NCBI RefSeq assembly: GCF_964204645.1
Contig: NC_134026.1
Location: forward strand, 25,702,150-25,766,149
Source of the DNA: Tubulanus polymorphus
Taxonomy: Eukaryota > Animalia > Nemertea
Direction of reading: 5' to 3'
DNA: 64,000 nucleotides
Part shown: positions 23,901-36,225 of the stretch, one piece after another
Layout of the letters: the number at the start of each line of letters is the position of its first letter
Position numbering within the stretch: position 1 is the stretch's first letter
Notes under the pieces: generated by a model
Seen by the model: the letters and a program-made list of their open reading frames with translations, nothing else
Database searches by the model: none
What the model was told of the DNA's origin: nothing
Made by a program: the position numbers and the translations under genes

Positions 23901-26766
23901 TGGGCATTCGGGTTAGCACCTTTTTCAAGTAAAACATGGACTAGTCGAGGTAGACCCATCAAACAGGCAGTGTGTAGAGGAGTTTCACCCTGAAATGGCA
24001 GCATAATCAAAAATACTCTAAGTCAATTCCGGCAAAATTTTTTTTTCACAGGAAATGTTGTAATGTCCTACCTTATGGTTTATATGGTTAGGCTTTGCTC
24101 CATGTTTAGTAAGAAACAAAGCAGCCATTTCATGACCAGCTCTGGCAGCACAATGCAATAGAACATCACCTAGTATGATAGATAATCCGATTATACAATT
24201 ACCGGTACAGTTTTGTTTGTCTTATCTACTTTTTTGTTATTTCATTTCGATATTGACCTGTTTCAGGGTTGATAGCGTCACATGAACATCCTCTTTGACT
24301 CAGACGGAATGCATAACTATTTTCACCATAGTAACCATCAGGTGTCTGTTCACCGGAGCCAGAATCTAATTTACATTGCAGAGCCAGCCACAGAGGAGTT
24401 TCTCCTTCGATGCTTTGTAACTCTAGATTCAACGCTGGATAGGATAATAATATCGAAAATACTGGCTCGTTTTTACGTAGAATGGCTTGATGTAGTGCAG
24501 TGCTGAAATACAAGAATACCGGAATTACAAAATATCAAAACATCAGCCTTTTGAATCCTTAAAAAATCAACATGTTGTTAATGATAAATGTATTCAGTAC
24601 ATACTATCCATTTTGATCTTGTGCATTTGTGTCAGCATTATATTCTAGTAACAGTTTTGCTATTCGTGCCATACTCTCCATCAGCGCAGGACTAGTATTT
24701 TCTTTCGCCACCAAATGAAGCGCAGTCTCTTTCTCAATGTGAGAAGCCATGTTGACATTGGCATTGTTTTTTATAAGAAATGAAGCTGAGAATTCGTCCC
24801 CTAGAGAAAGAAAAAAGAAAATCAAACAATAAAATCACTTTCTTCCATGTAGCATTTGATTGATAATAAGTTTATATGACTGACCCCGTTTTAAAGCTTT
24901 ATGTAGAAGACATCGACCAGAATGATCAGTTTTATTAACGTCTACCCTATGCGAAACCATTGTTTTTGCGATACTTTCTTGCTTTTCCGCTAATGCCATA
25001 TCCAATGGAATATCATTTCTGTTGTCAATCTCATTCAGTTTACCAGGCAACTGTTTTATGGAAAACAAAACATCTCTTTTTGCTATTATGAAGCTTAAAT
25101 TTGATTTAAAAAGGCACAAATTTCCCTCGTTTCAAATTACCAATGAGTCGAACTCCAGCAAATACAACATAACCACATCCTCGCGTCTAGCTCGTATTGC
25201 CATATGCAAAGGATACTCAGTTTTTTGTTTGAACATGCCATATAATAATGGGGCGGTCATCATTGCAAAGTCTTCACTAGTAAAATCATGCTAAAAATAG
25301 ATGTGTACGAAATATAAGTGGATTAAAAAATACACTTGGTTATCTCAGAATATATTATTGAAAACATAAAGCTTACCCAATGATTTGATATCAATTCAGA
25401 ACAATGATTTAGTAGAAGTGAAGCTCCAATTTCATCAGCAACTTGATAATATGAGATACAGTTCTTAACATTTACGGAGCTAACCAATGCCTTCTCACAC
25501 CTTAAACAAAATCATTTTGCGAAATGCTCAGTTTCAATAAATGAAACTGTAGATATATTTTGGGAGACATTTTGATGTAAATTCATTACCTATCTCGCAA
25601 GGGTTCAAGATGGAATTGACTCGCCGCTTTCATGAGTCCCAATATGAATTTGTCATCTTTGGCCTTGAGATCCACTTTATCTGTATAAACCCATTTTAAC
25701 ATAGACTGTCCGATATCAAATGGAATACCTGGAAACAGACCAAATGTTAAAACGGCAGTACTCAGATGTATCCCACATTCGGTCCTTATATATACCTGTG
25801 AAGTCAAGTTCTGACACAGTAGCCAGATCAGTGACACCCCAATGGTCACTGCGGGCTGCAAGTACAAATCTATGAGCTAGGATTGTCTCTCCATCTAAAA
25901 CTACATTTAAATCACTGAAATGAAAAAATCACATTCATATTACTCATGAGACTCTTGTATTTTCTTCATTTGAGTTCTTCTTTGACTAGTCTTATTAACC
26001 TATATAAAGGCTTATCGAATAAATCAGCAACCGTTCTAAGAAGGCGGGATACAAAGTTTTCATCATTAGACTGCCCGGATACCGCTGCAGCAACATGATA
26101 CTTTTTCTCAACATCAGCCAGTTTGTTCTGTAATTTTACATATTCTTCTCTCAGTAGTTTCAGATGATTCTGTAACTTGGTGACTTCGGCTAGAAATAAC
26201 AGCAAAGTGAAATGTCATAAAATAATATCATTGGTCTTGGACAATCTGGACAATCACTGAAAATTCAACAACTTTGTGGCCAGGATATATGCAAACTATT
26301 ACTCCATCCGGTTTTTAATACCGATATAATATGATTTCAAGTGTTTAAACCGAAATGAACTAAAATGCTATATTTCATGTATTCTCAGTAAATTGTCTGG
26401 ATCCTTTTGGGGATCATAGTTGACTGGGCATTCTACTTTCACATGACAATATTGCCCCTGTGGTTGAAAGCACTATCGTAACACAAGTCAAATCTGTTTG
26501 ATACATGATTCCAGCACAGACATATGACACTGACAGAAACAACAACACAAGAATTTGACAGGTGAACGAAGGAAGATAAATTGACTAAACACTAAAAACA
26601 GCAATTCCATTTTACTAACATACTTTTATTTTTCTTCATAAATTGCATATCCCAATATTCATCATCAAAATTACATTCATTGAATGATAGCAGGCCCCGA
26701 TTAACTTGTACGGACATTTAATTATAAAAAAAATTACGCCCAATAATAAATTTTACCTTCCGCCAT
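20935..26766 (-). CDS. ANKFY1: Rabankyrin-5 (BTB, ankyrin repeats, FYVE)
   Basis: First exon 26757-26766 (MAE), then EVTKLQNHLKLLREEYVKLQ, a BTB domain, many ankyrin repeats (TPLHLA, TALHLV) and a FYVE domain (RKHHC/RHCGRVLCSKCS...PVRVCEICF). Confidence 0.97.
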
Positions 26767-26833
26767 CTTGACCACTAGAGAAGTCACATGATCTACGTCA
26801 CTAGATGGCAGCAGCAACTGGTGCCTTTAAATC
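26767..26833. promoter_or_regulatory. 67-bp spacer between divergent start codons, with E-box, CRE half-site and CTCF-like motif
   Basis: GTCACATGA at 26783-26791, TACGTCA at 26794-26800 and CACTAGATGGCAGCA at 26799-26813. A YY1-like AAGATGGCG overlaps the ANKFY1 ATG. Confidence 0.6.
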
Positions 26834-27668
26834 ATGGATTCTCCGGTCAACGAAAGATTTAATATAAAAGACCCTGAAGTAATAAAGGATCTTCCTGAAG
26901 ATGTATGGATGGTAAGAAAAATGGCTTATCTTTTTGTGGTACTACTTGATTTTCCCTGACTGGTTTAGATTCAAGCATAAACCCCTCGATTTAAAGGCTC
27001 AATTCTGAATCAAATTCAACATCAATTCAAAGATTTAATTAATACATAATGACATAAAGATTGTCAAAATTTCTAGATTCGACCATGTGATACATATGAA
27101 AGCGAATATAAAGAGTGTAAAAGTAAGTTATTTGTCCGGCTATTGTCATTAATCAATGTTTTTGTACTGTTGATTAATGTTATTATTACTGTCAACAAAG
27201 TACTAAACTACTACATTCTCAATCATTCTAGGTTATGTTGGACGCTTTTATCAACATTTCATTCAAGGAGAATACACAGAATGTTCAAAATGGAAACATG
27301 ACCATCAAAATTGCCTCAAATTCATGAAAACATTAGATCCAACTGTCGCTGTAAGTGAACAAATGTTAACCGTTTATCACGCTGTAATCAAATATGTAGT
27401 TTATTTGAAACATAACTTTATCGATTTTCATTTCTTGCAGGAAAAGATTATCGAAAATGAGAAGGAACGACGTGAAAAACGTTTATCAGCCTCATGTGCT
27501 AATGATATATGGGAATATCGTACGGAGCCTCCGGCTAACTGGAGTGGGCCATTACCCGACTGGTGCAAAAAGGAGACCAGTGTTCAGATGGAACACCAAG
27601 AAAATCTGCGCAGAAAGAAAGGAGTGGACAATACATCAGAGAAAAAATCATTTTGTATTATATCGTAG
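26834..27668 (+). CDS. C22orf39: C22orf39/UPF0545 (PANTS)-like protein, 4 exons
   Basis: WM|IRPCDTYESEYKECK, RFYQHFIQGEYTECSKWKHDHQNC and IWEYRTEPPANWSGPLP match the family pattern. The protein ends in CIIS*. Confidence 0.85.
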
Positions 27669-27963
27669 CATTTAATTAGTTTATCATTCTCAATGCGGCA
27701 ACCAGTGGAAGGTTTTGGCGGAATAGCTTTTTGTTTAATTTACATTTTTTATTGATCGATATAGTTTTTTAATTGTTACTACATCCTCTTTATTTAGCAT
27801 GTGGTGAGTATTTTGTATTATGTATGTATAAACGGGTATATCGAAATAAAGCTTACGTGAAAAAAAAGTTTTGAGTTTTCTTTATTCAACTCTCGCGAGC
27901 TGGTCACACATTACTGGTGCATTTTCATCAAAGCTGACAAACGGAATGTACATCAATTGATAC

Positions 27964-28136
27964 TACAGTGGAATCTCATGACAACGAACTTCAGGGGACT
28001 AGAAAATATGTTTGTCATAAACCGATAGTTTTTATATCCAGTATGAAATTACGAAGGTATCCTATTTGGGATGGAGTACTAGGTTTGTAATACCTGATTG
28101 TAATATCCCACGATGTAAAATTGAGGTTCTGCTGTA
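27964..28136. mobile_element. Degenerate Tc1/mariner (pogo/Tigger-type) MITE
   Basis: Left end TA|CAGTGGAATCTC...ACAACGAAC and right end GAGGTTCTGCTG|TA form imperfect terminal inverted repeats with a TA target duplication. About 170 bp, no ORF. Confidence 0.6.
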
Positions 28137-28750
28137 GTCGAACTCCAATAGTCGTCAGATATTGTTGCAGGTCGCAAATTAGTATGTTATGTATTAGCAA
28201 TTCCGTTTACTAAGTTGAAGTCGTCATTTGATCATCCCGATGATGCAAGTTTCAACGTAGTCGGATCCAATCTTCAAGTATTTCTACCTTAATATCGTCC
28301 TAATCCTCCTGAATTTTGTGCAGTACAGGAAGCCTTTATCAACACACAAAAGTTTGTTATCTTTAGGTTTATTGTCTATCATAAGTCACCATCGTTTACA
28401 TATAGCTTTCAACTTGCACGAATAAGTGTTATCAAGTGAAAATGTGAAATAATATTCACTAATTATATAAACATAAATAAAGTTAAGCTCAATTAATAAC
28501 AAAGCAAGCAATCCATTGCATGCATTACATACATTAAGGGTGCTTCTTGATTTTCTCCAGTTTTAATATATACACTAAAGGTAAAAATAAATATTGATGA
28601 AATAATTGGTTTACCCTTCTCAAATTAGCTTAACATATCAAATTCATTCCAAATATCGGTATAACAATTAACTCAACAGCTATAATAAAGAAGTCTTAAA
28701 TAACGAGACTAATATCGGCAACTTTAAGATAGCCCTTTCTTAAGCTCTAA

Positions 28751-31700
28751 CTATTTCGATCTGTTCACTGTGGTAGTGAATAAAAGTTTCTTCCCCTTCT
28801 TTTTCTTTTTATTGCCAGCTTCTGAACTACTGGTGTCTATAGCAGCTTGTATAGCATCTCCAAACGACTGACAAAAAGATTGTTGATACATCGGAGCTGC
28901 CACATGATCTTCGTTGTCACTATCGGGAGTTGCAGCCGTTTTAGATGAAGTTGCACCCATCACTGATTTGTTTACACGAGGCCAAGCATCATTTGGGACA
29001 GACGATTTCCTTGATCGTAGCATCTGCAAAACAGCCAGAAGATTAAATGTATTCATTCCTCAGAAACACAACAGAGAATATTGATTGAATAGCTTAATCG
29101 AGGATTAAAGAAATCATTAAGGCTATAAATGAGGACCTTACCTGCGCAAATGAAATAGATTGCGGCATCCCATCTGGACTAACAAGAACAGGAGATGAAG
29201 GTGATTTATCAGATGCACTCACTGTTTCTATAAAAACAAAATATATTTCCACATGAATATATCTTTCGCATACAACTTGCAGCCAGTTAACTAAAGAAGT
29301 GCATTGCATACCTGTGTAGTCATTAAATCCAGTAGATGATGTAGTAGGTATTGGTTGTGGATTAGAATGCTGTTCAGACCGCACCACTGTTATATCATTA
29401 TCTATATATAATCAACAAATAATCATGTTATTTACAAACTATTCCCCATCGGGTGAATGGAAAAATTTAGCTATCACTTACATTTAGCGAATGCCTGTCT
29501 CTCCTTGGCTTCAACGCGTCGATTATGATTCTTCTCAAGCCTGGCTTTCTTCTGACGAGCTCTTCGTCTCGATTCGATTTCATGAAAGTAATGGCGCAGC
29601 GTTTCCTTGCTCACTAGTGGTGCTTTCAGGGTCAACTCTGCCACTTGGAACTCACAGGTAAATGGTAAATGATTCAAATACCGCAGGCGCCGACGGAGCT
29701 CCTAAAATTTTCAGTAATAGTTTCGGCTACTTTGTATTCAAGGTTGGTTTACAATAACGAACAGTAGAATAATTACCTGAGTCATACTGATGCCTTCAAG
29801 CTCTTCGATCCTGGCTGTTATTGTTTCAGGGCAGTTTTCTAGAGTACCGTAGTCTCGCAACAAGCATCGAGCATTCAAAGAATGCATGTATATATTTTGT
29901 CCATCATCACCTGGAAGGGTTGGGAGACAATGTACACTTATTCCTCTAATGATTGATATCCATACATAAGTATAGTCTGTGTGGTTTAGTTTCACGATCA
30001 GATATTTTCACGTTGGTATAAGCCCATCTGATTATAAAAGCTTACCACCAACGATTAGGTGACTAACTGTACAAAGTATAGAGTCCTTTTTACTTACTTT
30101 GATAGAAGTAAAAGAAGTCATCATCATGAAGCCTTTCTTGTTTTTTTCTCTGCGTAGTTTTCCCACCTGGTAATGGGATTTCTAGTTGTTCCGCTGCCTC
30201 GTCTACTGGTAGGACATCACGGGTCTCTTTCTCCATAAGGATAGCTGGAGGGCCGAGTGGAGGTGAATGAGACAAGCCCGGTGGTATAGCATTGTCGTCA
30301 GTTGATGCTGGCGATTCAGATAGATCCAATTTTTCAGCTTTGTGCGTCAACGAGGGTTCATTTTCAACTTCTTCCTCATCATCAGAGAATGCCGAGGCAT
30401 ATGTGAAAACATTCTCCTAAAATAAAATTTATGCCATATTCTATTAACTCATCCACACCACAAGAGATAGTAGAATGTCAAATTTTAAGAATACAAACCT
30501 TTTTACCAATCGTTGTACCAAGGGGTGGAGGGGAAGGTGGTGGTAGTCCAGGAATAGCGGGTGGTTTAGGTACAGGTGTCATCCTTTGATCCGAATGTAA
30601 ATCTTCCTCGCGTAATAACAAATGTTTCATAGCAGCATCGACAAATGAACCAGTCAAACTCTACAAATGAAACCACATTACGGATTATTTTAAGTTCTTA
30701 GCATCTGATGAATTATCTAATCCTGGTTCGTTTTGAAAGCTGGCACTTATTACTTACATCTCCCTCTTCTGATTTCTGTTGATTTAGACCCAATCTCTCA
30801 CCATCTATTATATCTTGTATATCCTCCTTTGTGGCCAGAAGTAACTTTGAAAATTTTGTACCAGAATACGCTGTAATAACAGAGTACATGTACATGTAAT
30901 GACACTTATAGCAGCAAAGCATATATCTACGAATCCAGTATACACTGTTAATTGAAGCATTACCTTTCATCGTTAAGGGTTTAGTGCAGTCCTGCCACTG
31001 CGCGATTGGTAAAGCAATTGCGGACCCCTTTGCTTTTTTCATTAATCGCATTGTGATCTCTTCACCGACAGAGAACTGATGGGTCTGTGTGGCAACAACA
31101 CTCTTCAGGTCATTTTGTAGAACAGGTTCAAAGCAGATTGGACATTTATTATCTTCATCAAGCGACAAATAATGCAACATACAAGCCCAACAATATATAT
31201 GTCCACATCGTGTAATCTTTGCTGAAAAATAGCACACACTGTTACAAAAAAGTTTACTGGTAACTGACTGAGGGAAAAACTTCCAAGGTTACATACCAGC
31301 AACAGGTGGATACAAACAAATTGGACAAGATGATTCTTCATGACTGCAAGTTCTCTGAAAAAGATCGCGATGCTCATTAATTATATGAAGATCTAGGCCT
31401 ACTATTCTCAATCAATACTGATTGCAGTACTTACAACTTGTTGAATAAAATCCCATTCAACTAATGTATCAGGATCTGCGGAATATATGGAATAATCACA
31501 ATCATCCCGTACGATAAACTGACAACTGAAAACAAAACCATATTTACCAAACATTAGAGATAATTCTTAGTTTTTGATAGTTTTCATCACGTTTACCGAC
31601 CACATACTTAGCTTGGAGAAATTGTTCTTTGTTATATCTTGCTGGTTTTGTCCAATTTTTATGACGTGTCCCACCTGCAGAGCCATAACCTCTAGTAGCG

Positions 31701-32288
31701 CGACCTCTCTGTGTTTCGCGAGCTGTATACTTGAAGTTTAGCAGATGATTAAGGTTCTGTTTCTTCGATCCGGTCATCAAAGCTGATCCAATTTCAGCTT
31801 CATAATTATCGCTCACCTAAAATTTAAGAACATTATAAAACATTTGCAAATTTTTAAGAATTGATCTAAAAATAAGAAGTTCTTTCCGACCTCTTCTCCT
31901 TGTCTATAATCAGAATAAGTTCTTGATTTCGTTTGCCGTTCGTAACCCCGTGATTTCGGGGACTGTGTAAATCTTGAAGAAGAATTAGCAGCGTCATTCC
32001 ACCGGCCATTTGTATTTGCTTCACGACGCCTCGGTTGTCGTGAATATTGTTGTTTAGTATACTGTCCATTTTCTGAAAGATAAAATTGCCAATTTTAATG
32101 TTCAACTCAGAAAACTGAGAACTAGCCATGAACCACAGATACGACAAAATGTCTAATTACTCTCAATTTTCAATACAATAAGGCTCACCCTTCTTATTAT
32201 ATTCTGCACCATTCCCATTTTTCGGAGGGACAGAACTGGGTCGGTTTGACGATTGCTTTTTCTCCATGTTTTCTTCCGAGTTTTGCAT
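28751..32288 (-). CDS. RNF10: E3 ubiquitin ligase RNF10 (start at 32288 or 32267)
   Basis: [60 protein letters not shown]...[39 protein letters not shown] and the C-terminal [11 protein letters not shown]. Confidence 0.95.
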
Positions 32289-32869
32289 CAACAAAACTGA
32301 TGTTAAATTCCCTGCTAGGCCGGGAAGGACGAGCCGCTGAGAGCAACAGATGCTGATTCTCAACCAAATTTGACCTCAACATTTTCAAAACGCCATGATT
32401 TCAACACGATAAGAAAAAAACTAATTTTGTTCCTTTTATCAATGTGTAAATAGTTGAATGTGGGGTTTTAAAAACCGTTAGAATGCAAGGAAGAACGCTC
32501 TCAGCTGGGGTTGTTCCCCAGATGCGCCGTAAACCTTTACGGACACTGAAAACAGAGACTTTCGGCCTCTAAATCACTTGAAATGGCGTCCGTGCGCCAG
32601 GCATATAGGAGGAGGAGGAATAGGATATGTATTCGGTTACGTTGGATTCAGAATCAAATATTTAAGATTCATCATTTCTTTTTTAAACTCATATTAAAAT
32701 CTAGAAATAATTTCAATCTTTTAAAAATTAACGATTCAATTAATTCTAGATTGAAATGCAGTCAAGCGTGTTCAAGTTCAGTCGGCAAATCCGTCAGTAG
32801 TCTGCATCCACGTTTTAATTTTCGGCCGTGCTGTCTACCACCTTCGCAGAAATTCCGCTAGGCGACCGT

Positions 32870-35392
32870 ATGAAGATTCCTCGAAAATCCGTATCCACGT
32901 TGTTGGTTTTACCTATGTGTGGAGCCACCGGGAATTTCAAAGTACTTTCAAAATTTGGTGAGTTCTTATTTTTTAGTTTCATCGTAATTCTGTTTCCTAT
33001 CGACACCAGCATTAGGTGGGTATCATTCACACTCACTGATTTATTCTTAAATAAGTTGAGATAGAGCTGGTTTTACTGGATGCTTAGGGCTTTGTCCGAT
33101 CACTCGATTTATTGTCAAAAGACAATTGAATTGTCTGCCGGTTCGTTCTTGCCGCGGTCGGTGTGGGCGTGGCGTGTTGTTATCATCAACCAACCACCAG
33201 GAGGGCGGCCAAAAACTGCCAAAGTCAAAATCAAATCTATATTTCTTTTTAGCGTGTTATTGTGAATATTTTCAAGCACTTCTTCCACTTGACTGACGAT
33301 ACCGACCGGTACCAACAAGAAGATTTTTCCGTTCACTAATTTTGATTACTGAATCAACTTACTTGGATTTGGTCATCAGATCGAAAACTATCAAGAAGAA
33401 AAAAATCCAAAATGCTGAAACATGTAAAGATAAAGAGGAGTATGTTGCAATTTTCAAACATTTTATCAGTTGTTGCCCTTATAATTAGCCAACGTTTATT
33501 TAATACTTTAATTTGATTTGCAGAGGTACCTGTAACTCCACCCATGGAATCGTCAATTAGTGGTCTCGTAGAAGAGTATAACTGTTCACCACTTCCCCCT
33601 CGACCGAAGAATCTGTATTGTCAACAGCTTTCAGAGACTCAGTACGAACATCAAGCTTCAACTGAAACGGAGAAGGCTCTCAAGGTGATAACAATTTGCC
33701 TAGACCTAGATATCTTGTTTATTGACAGTTGCGTGATTAAATCGCTCTTCTTGTAGGAACTCGTTGAAACATTAGAAAAAAATCCTGATATGTACAAACA
33801 GCTGCTAAAAAAGCGTAAACAAGAACGTATGGAAAAATCTGGTATATTCACGTATATTAAGGTAACTGCCGGTGCAGATCCAGGGGGTCTTGTACAAGAA
33901 CCTCAGATGTTTAGAATTGCCCTTATCTGCATGAACTCCTAACTTTTCACCGACTTCAGGATTGGATATGCCCCCCTAAATTGCTATAAGAAATATGCAT
34001 GTACTGGTAATTTATGATGGTCACCTAGAAAGCTTCTGCTTAAATATTTCAGATGAAATTCCAGCAATTTATTCAAGGAACAAAATATAAAGGACCACAA
34101 GTAACAGACTCTGAATGTTGGATCCAACTTTATGCTCTGAAAGCTGGAATGCTAGAAGCTTTCGAATATTCACAAGGTACGAGGCTCAAAATGCATATAG
34201 CATGTTTTCATGAATCTGTAACATAATGACGATATTTGAAAATATTCTTTTATTTCATTCAGAATTTCGAAATCTTCGCAATAAAAGAGAGGGTAAGAAA
34301 ACTCTTACATCGAATCAGGCTGAGAATCGTCTGAGTCTTTTGACTTCGACACCTCGTTTCCCACCAGCTATTAAACGCACAATGGAAACAGAGCATAAGT
34401 CGTCAAACTTAATCAAGAAAGCAACTCCTCTTAGAATGCCTCAGCCACCTAAACTGAACATCTCCGTCTGTGCAGATAAACCGCCGTCGGAGTTATTTGT
34501 TCTGCCGCAAACATATAAAGCACCTAACTTGACCAGACCACCATTAAGAGACTGCAATCGTATTCCGCGAGTGGAAAGGCGTCAAAATAAAAGGTAATTA
34601 AACTTCGAATCAACTTGGAAGTTGTCTATTAGTGATTTATAAATGAATGGTTACCCGCTAATTGATATGAGTGTGTATGTGTTTTATCTGTATAGATTGT
34701 TACCATCATTAGCTCCATTTTGTAAGAAGACAAAATTAGATGATGCTCAAGTTCTTGAATCTCATCAAGAGAATCATGTTCGATTTAAACAGCACGTTAA
34801 GTACGTACCGGTGTATAACCCTGTATTCTTAAAAAAACCTAGTAAAGACTCATTTAAAGAATTATTTGTCTTCTCGATATTCAGATCACCGGGCTCCACA
34901 CCGTTCAAACGAATGAATTGTAAAAACCAGACTCAAGACTCTATGATGACATACAACAGTTTGAATATGAGTCTTGAAGCTTCTCTCTGTCAAGCATTTG
35001 GTGAAATCATGCAGCGAGAAAGTATCCGAAGGGTACAAAAATCTGAAGTAAAGACAAATTCTACAGATGATTCTGACGTTGACCAGTCTAATACTGATGG
35101 TGGCAGTAACCAGTCTACTAATTCTGATTCTGGTATAAGTAACCAGTCCAATTCTGATTCTGGTATAAGTAACCAGTCTACTAATTCTGATTCTGGTTTA
35201 AGCTACCAGTCCAATACTTTTGTGAGACCTGAATGTATTAATGATACTACGTGTTCATCAATTAGATCTGGAATATTCAAATCTAAATATAGTTTTAGAG
35301 ATCATCTAAATTTAGGTAATCCAGTAGATTCCAGTTTCTACCAGGTATCTGGTAGTGATTCGATGTTTAGCTATTCTGAATGGCAAGTTTAA
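32870..35392 (+). CDS. Uncharacterised protein with a helical N-terminal region and a Ser/Asn-rich tail (start at 32870 or 32915)
   Basis: Phase-consistent GT-AG chain at about 32870-32957, 33524-33684, 33757-33861, 34053-34176, 34263-34593 and 34696-35392. No family recognised. Confidence 0.7.
33871..33974. mobile_element. Possible degenerate PIF/Harbinger-type MITE in an intron
   Basis: Ends GGTGCAGATCCAGGGGG and TGGATATGCCCC resemble the GGGGCGGATCCA...TGGATCCGCCCC termini common in invertebrate MITEs. It enlarges the intron to about 190 nt. Confidence 0.4.
35082..35218 (+). repeat. Coding minisatellite, about 5 units of 27-33 bp, encoding NQS(T)NSDSGIS
   Basis: Repeated aaccagtc(ta)ctaattctgattctggtataagt variants; all unit lengths are multiples of 3. 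Confidence 0.9.
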
Positions 35393-36225
35393 CTCGACGC
35401 TGAATGTTTCAAATGATACCCTCATTACTACTCCATGCTTATAGAAATTGGTTGATTATATTTGATCAATTACTGTATTACTGATGAATTTTTATCACAG
35501 ACCAATTGCTTATTTTGATTATTGCAATAACTATACATGTAACCTTCCGATCTATTCTGCATTTAAATTGTCTTAAAAACTTGTACACATTGATTGTCGT
35601 CATTATTTCTTAACTTAATTACTGTAGCTGTGATTATTTATTGGTGATGGTTGTCTGATACACTTATGTTTTATGTCTCTAAAATTATTCTTAAACCGTC
35701 CTTTTAATATCGTTGATTATGATATGTGAGAATGCAATAATGCTTAATCTATAATTCAGGCCTGTCTTGCCCTTAGAAAAAAATTATGTCTTTCCATATG
35801 ATTTTAAGATCATTTTTGTGAATATTGTATTAATCTAGTTTTTTTTTCTTTAATTAGACTTTCCTATACCGTCCTTTATACACATTAATTTAAAACTGTG
35901 ACTTTTTCAATGCTCTTGCTTTAACTTAATGTAACAGTTTTATAATTTTAAAATCATCTTTCTGCCTGAATAAAATTGCAATATATCCACAATTTCTTGT
36001 TTATATTTTTCTGCTTCTGTGACTTGAGGCTTTTTTCAGCCTGTTAATCTACGTAGTAATAAGCTTTTTACATCATTTACGTTTGGTCAGATTATGAGTC
36101 AGCTGCTGGATAGGATCTACAAACGGGATTAAATTGCTAATCAGATGATCTTTTTTAATACGATAAATCCCTATATGGGTCGGAACAGATGTGGCAAATT
36201 ATACAAATATCTATTTAGTGGAGAA

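Noticed and set aside
32583-32861. 92-aa ORF MASVRQAYRRRR as the first exon of the unknown gene
   Set aside because: The ATG is part of a YY1-like motif and the ORF runs into AT-rich low-complexity sequence with no suitable donor. The exon ending at 32957 fits the phase instead.
35082-35218. CRISPR-like array
   Set aside because: The repeats are contiguous without unique spacers, lie in frame in a eukaryotic exon, and there are no cas genes.
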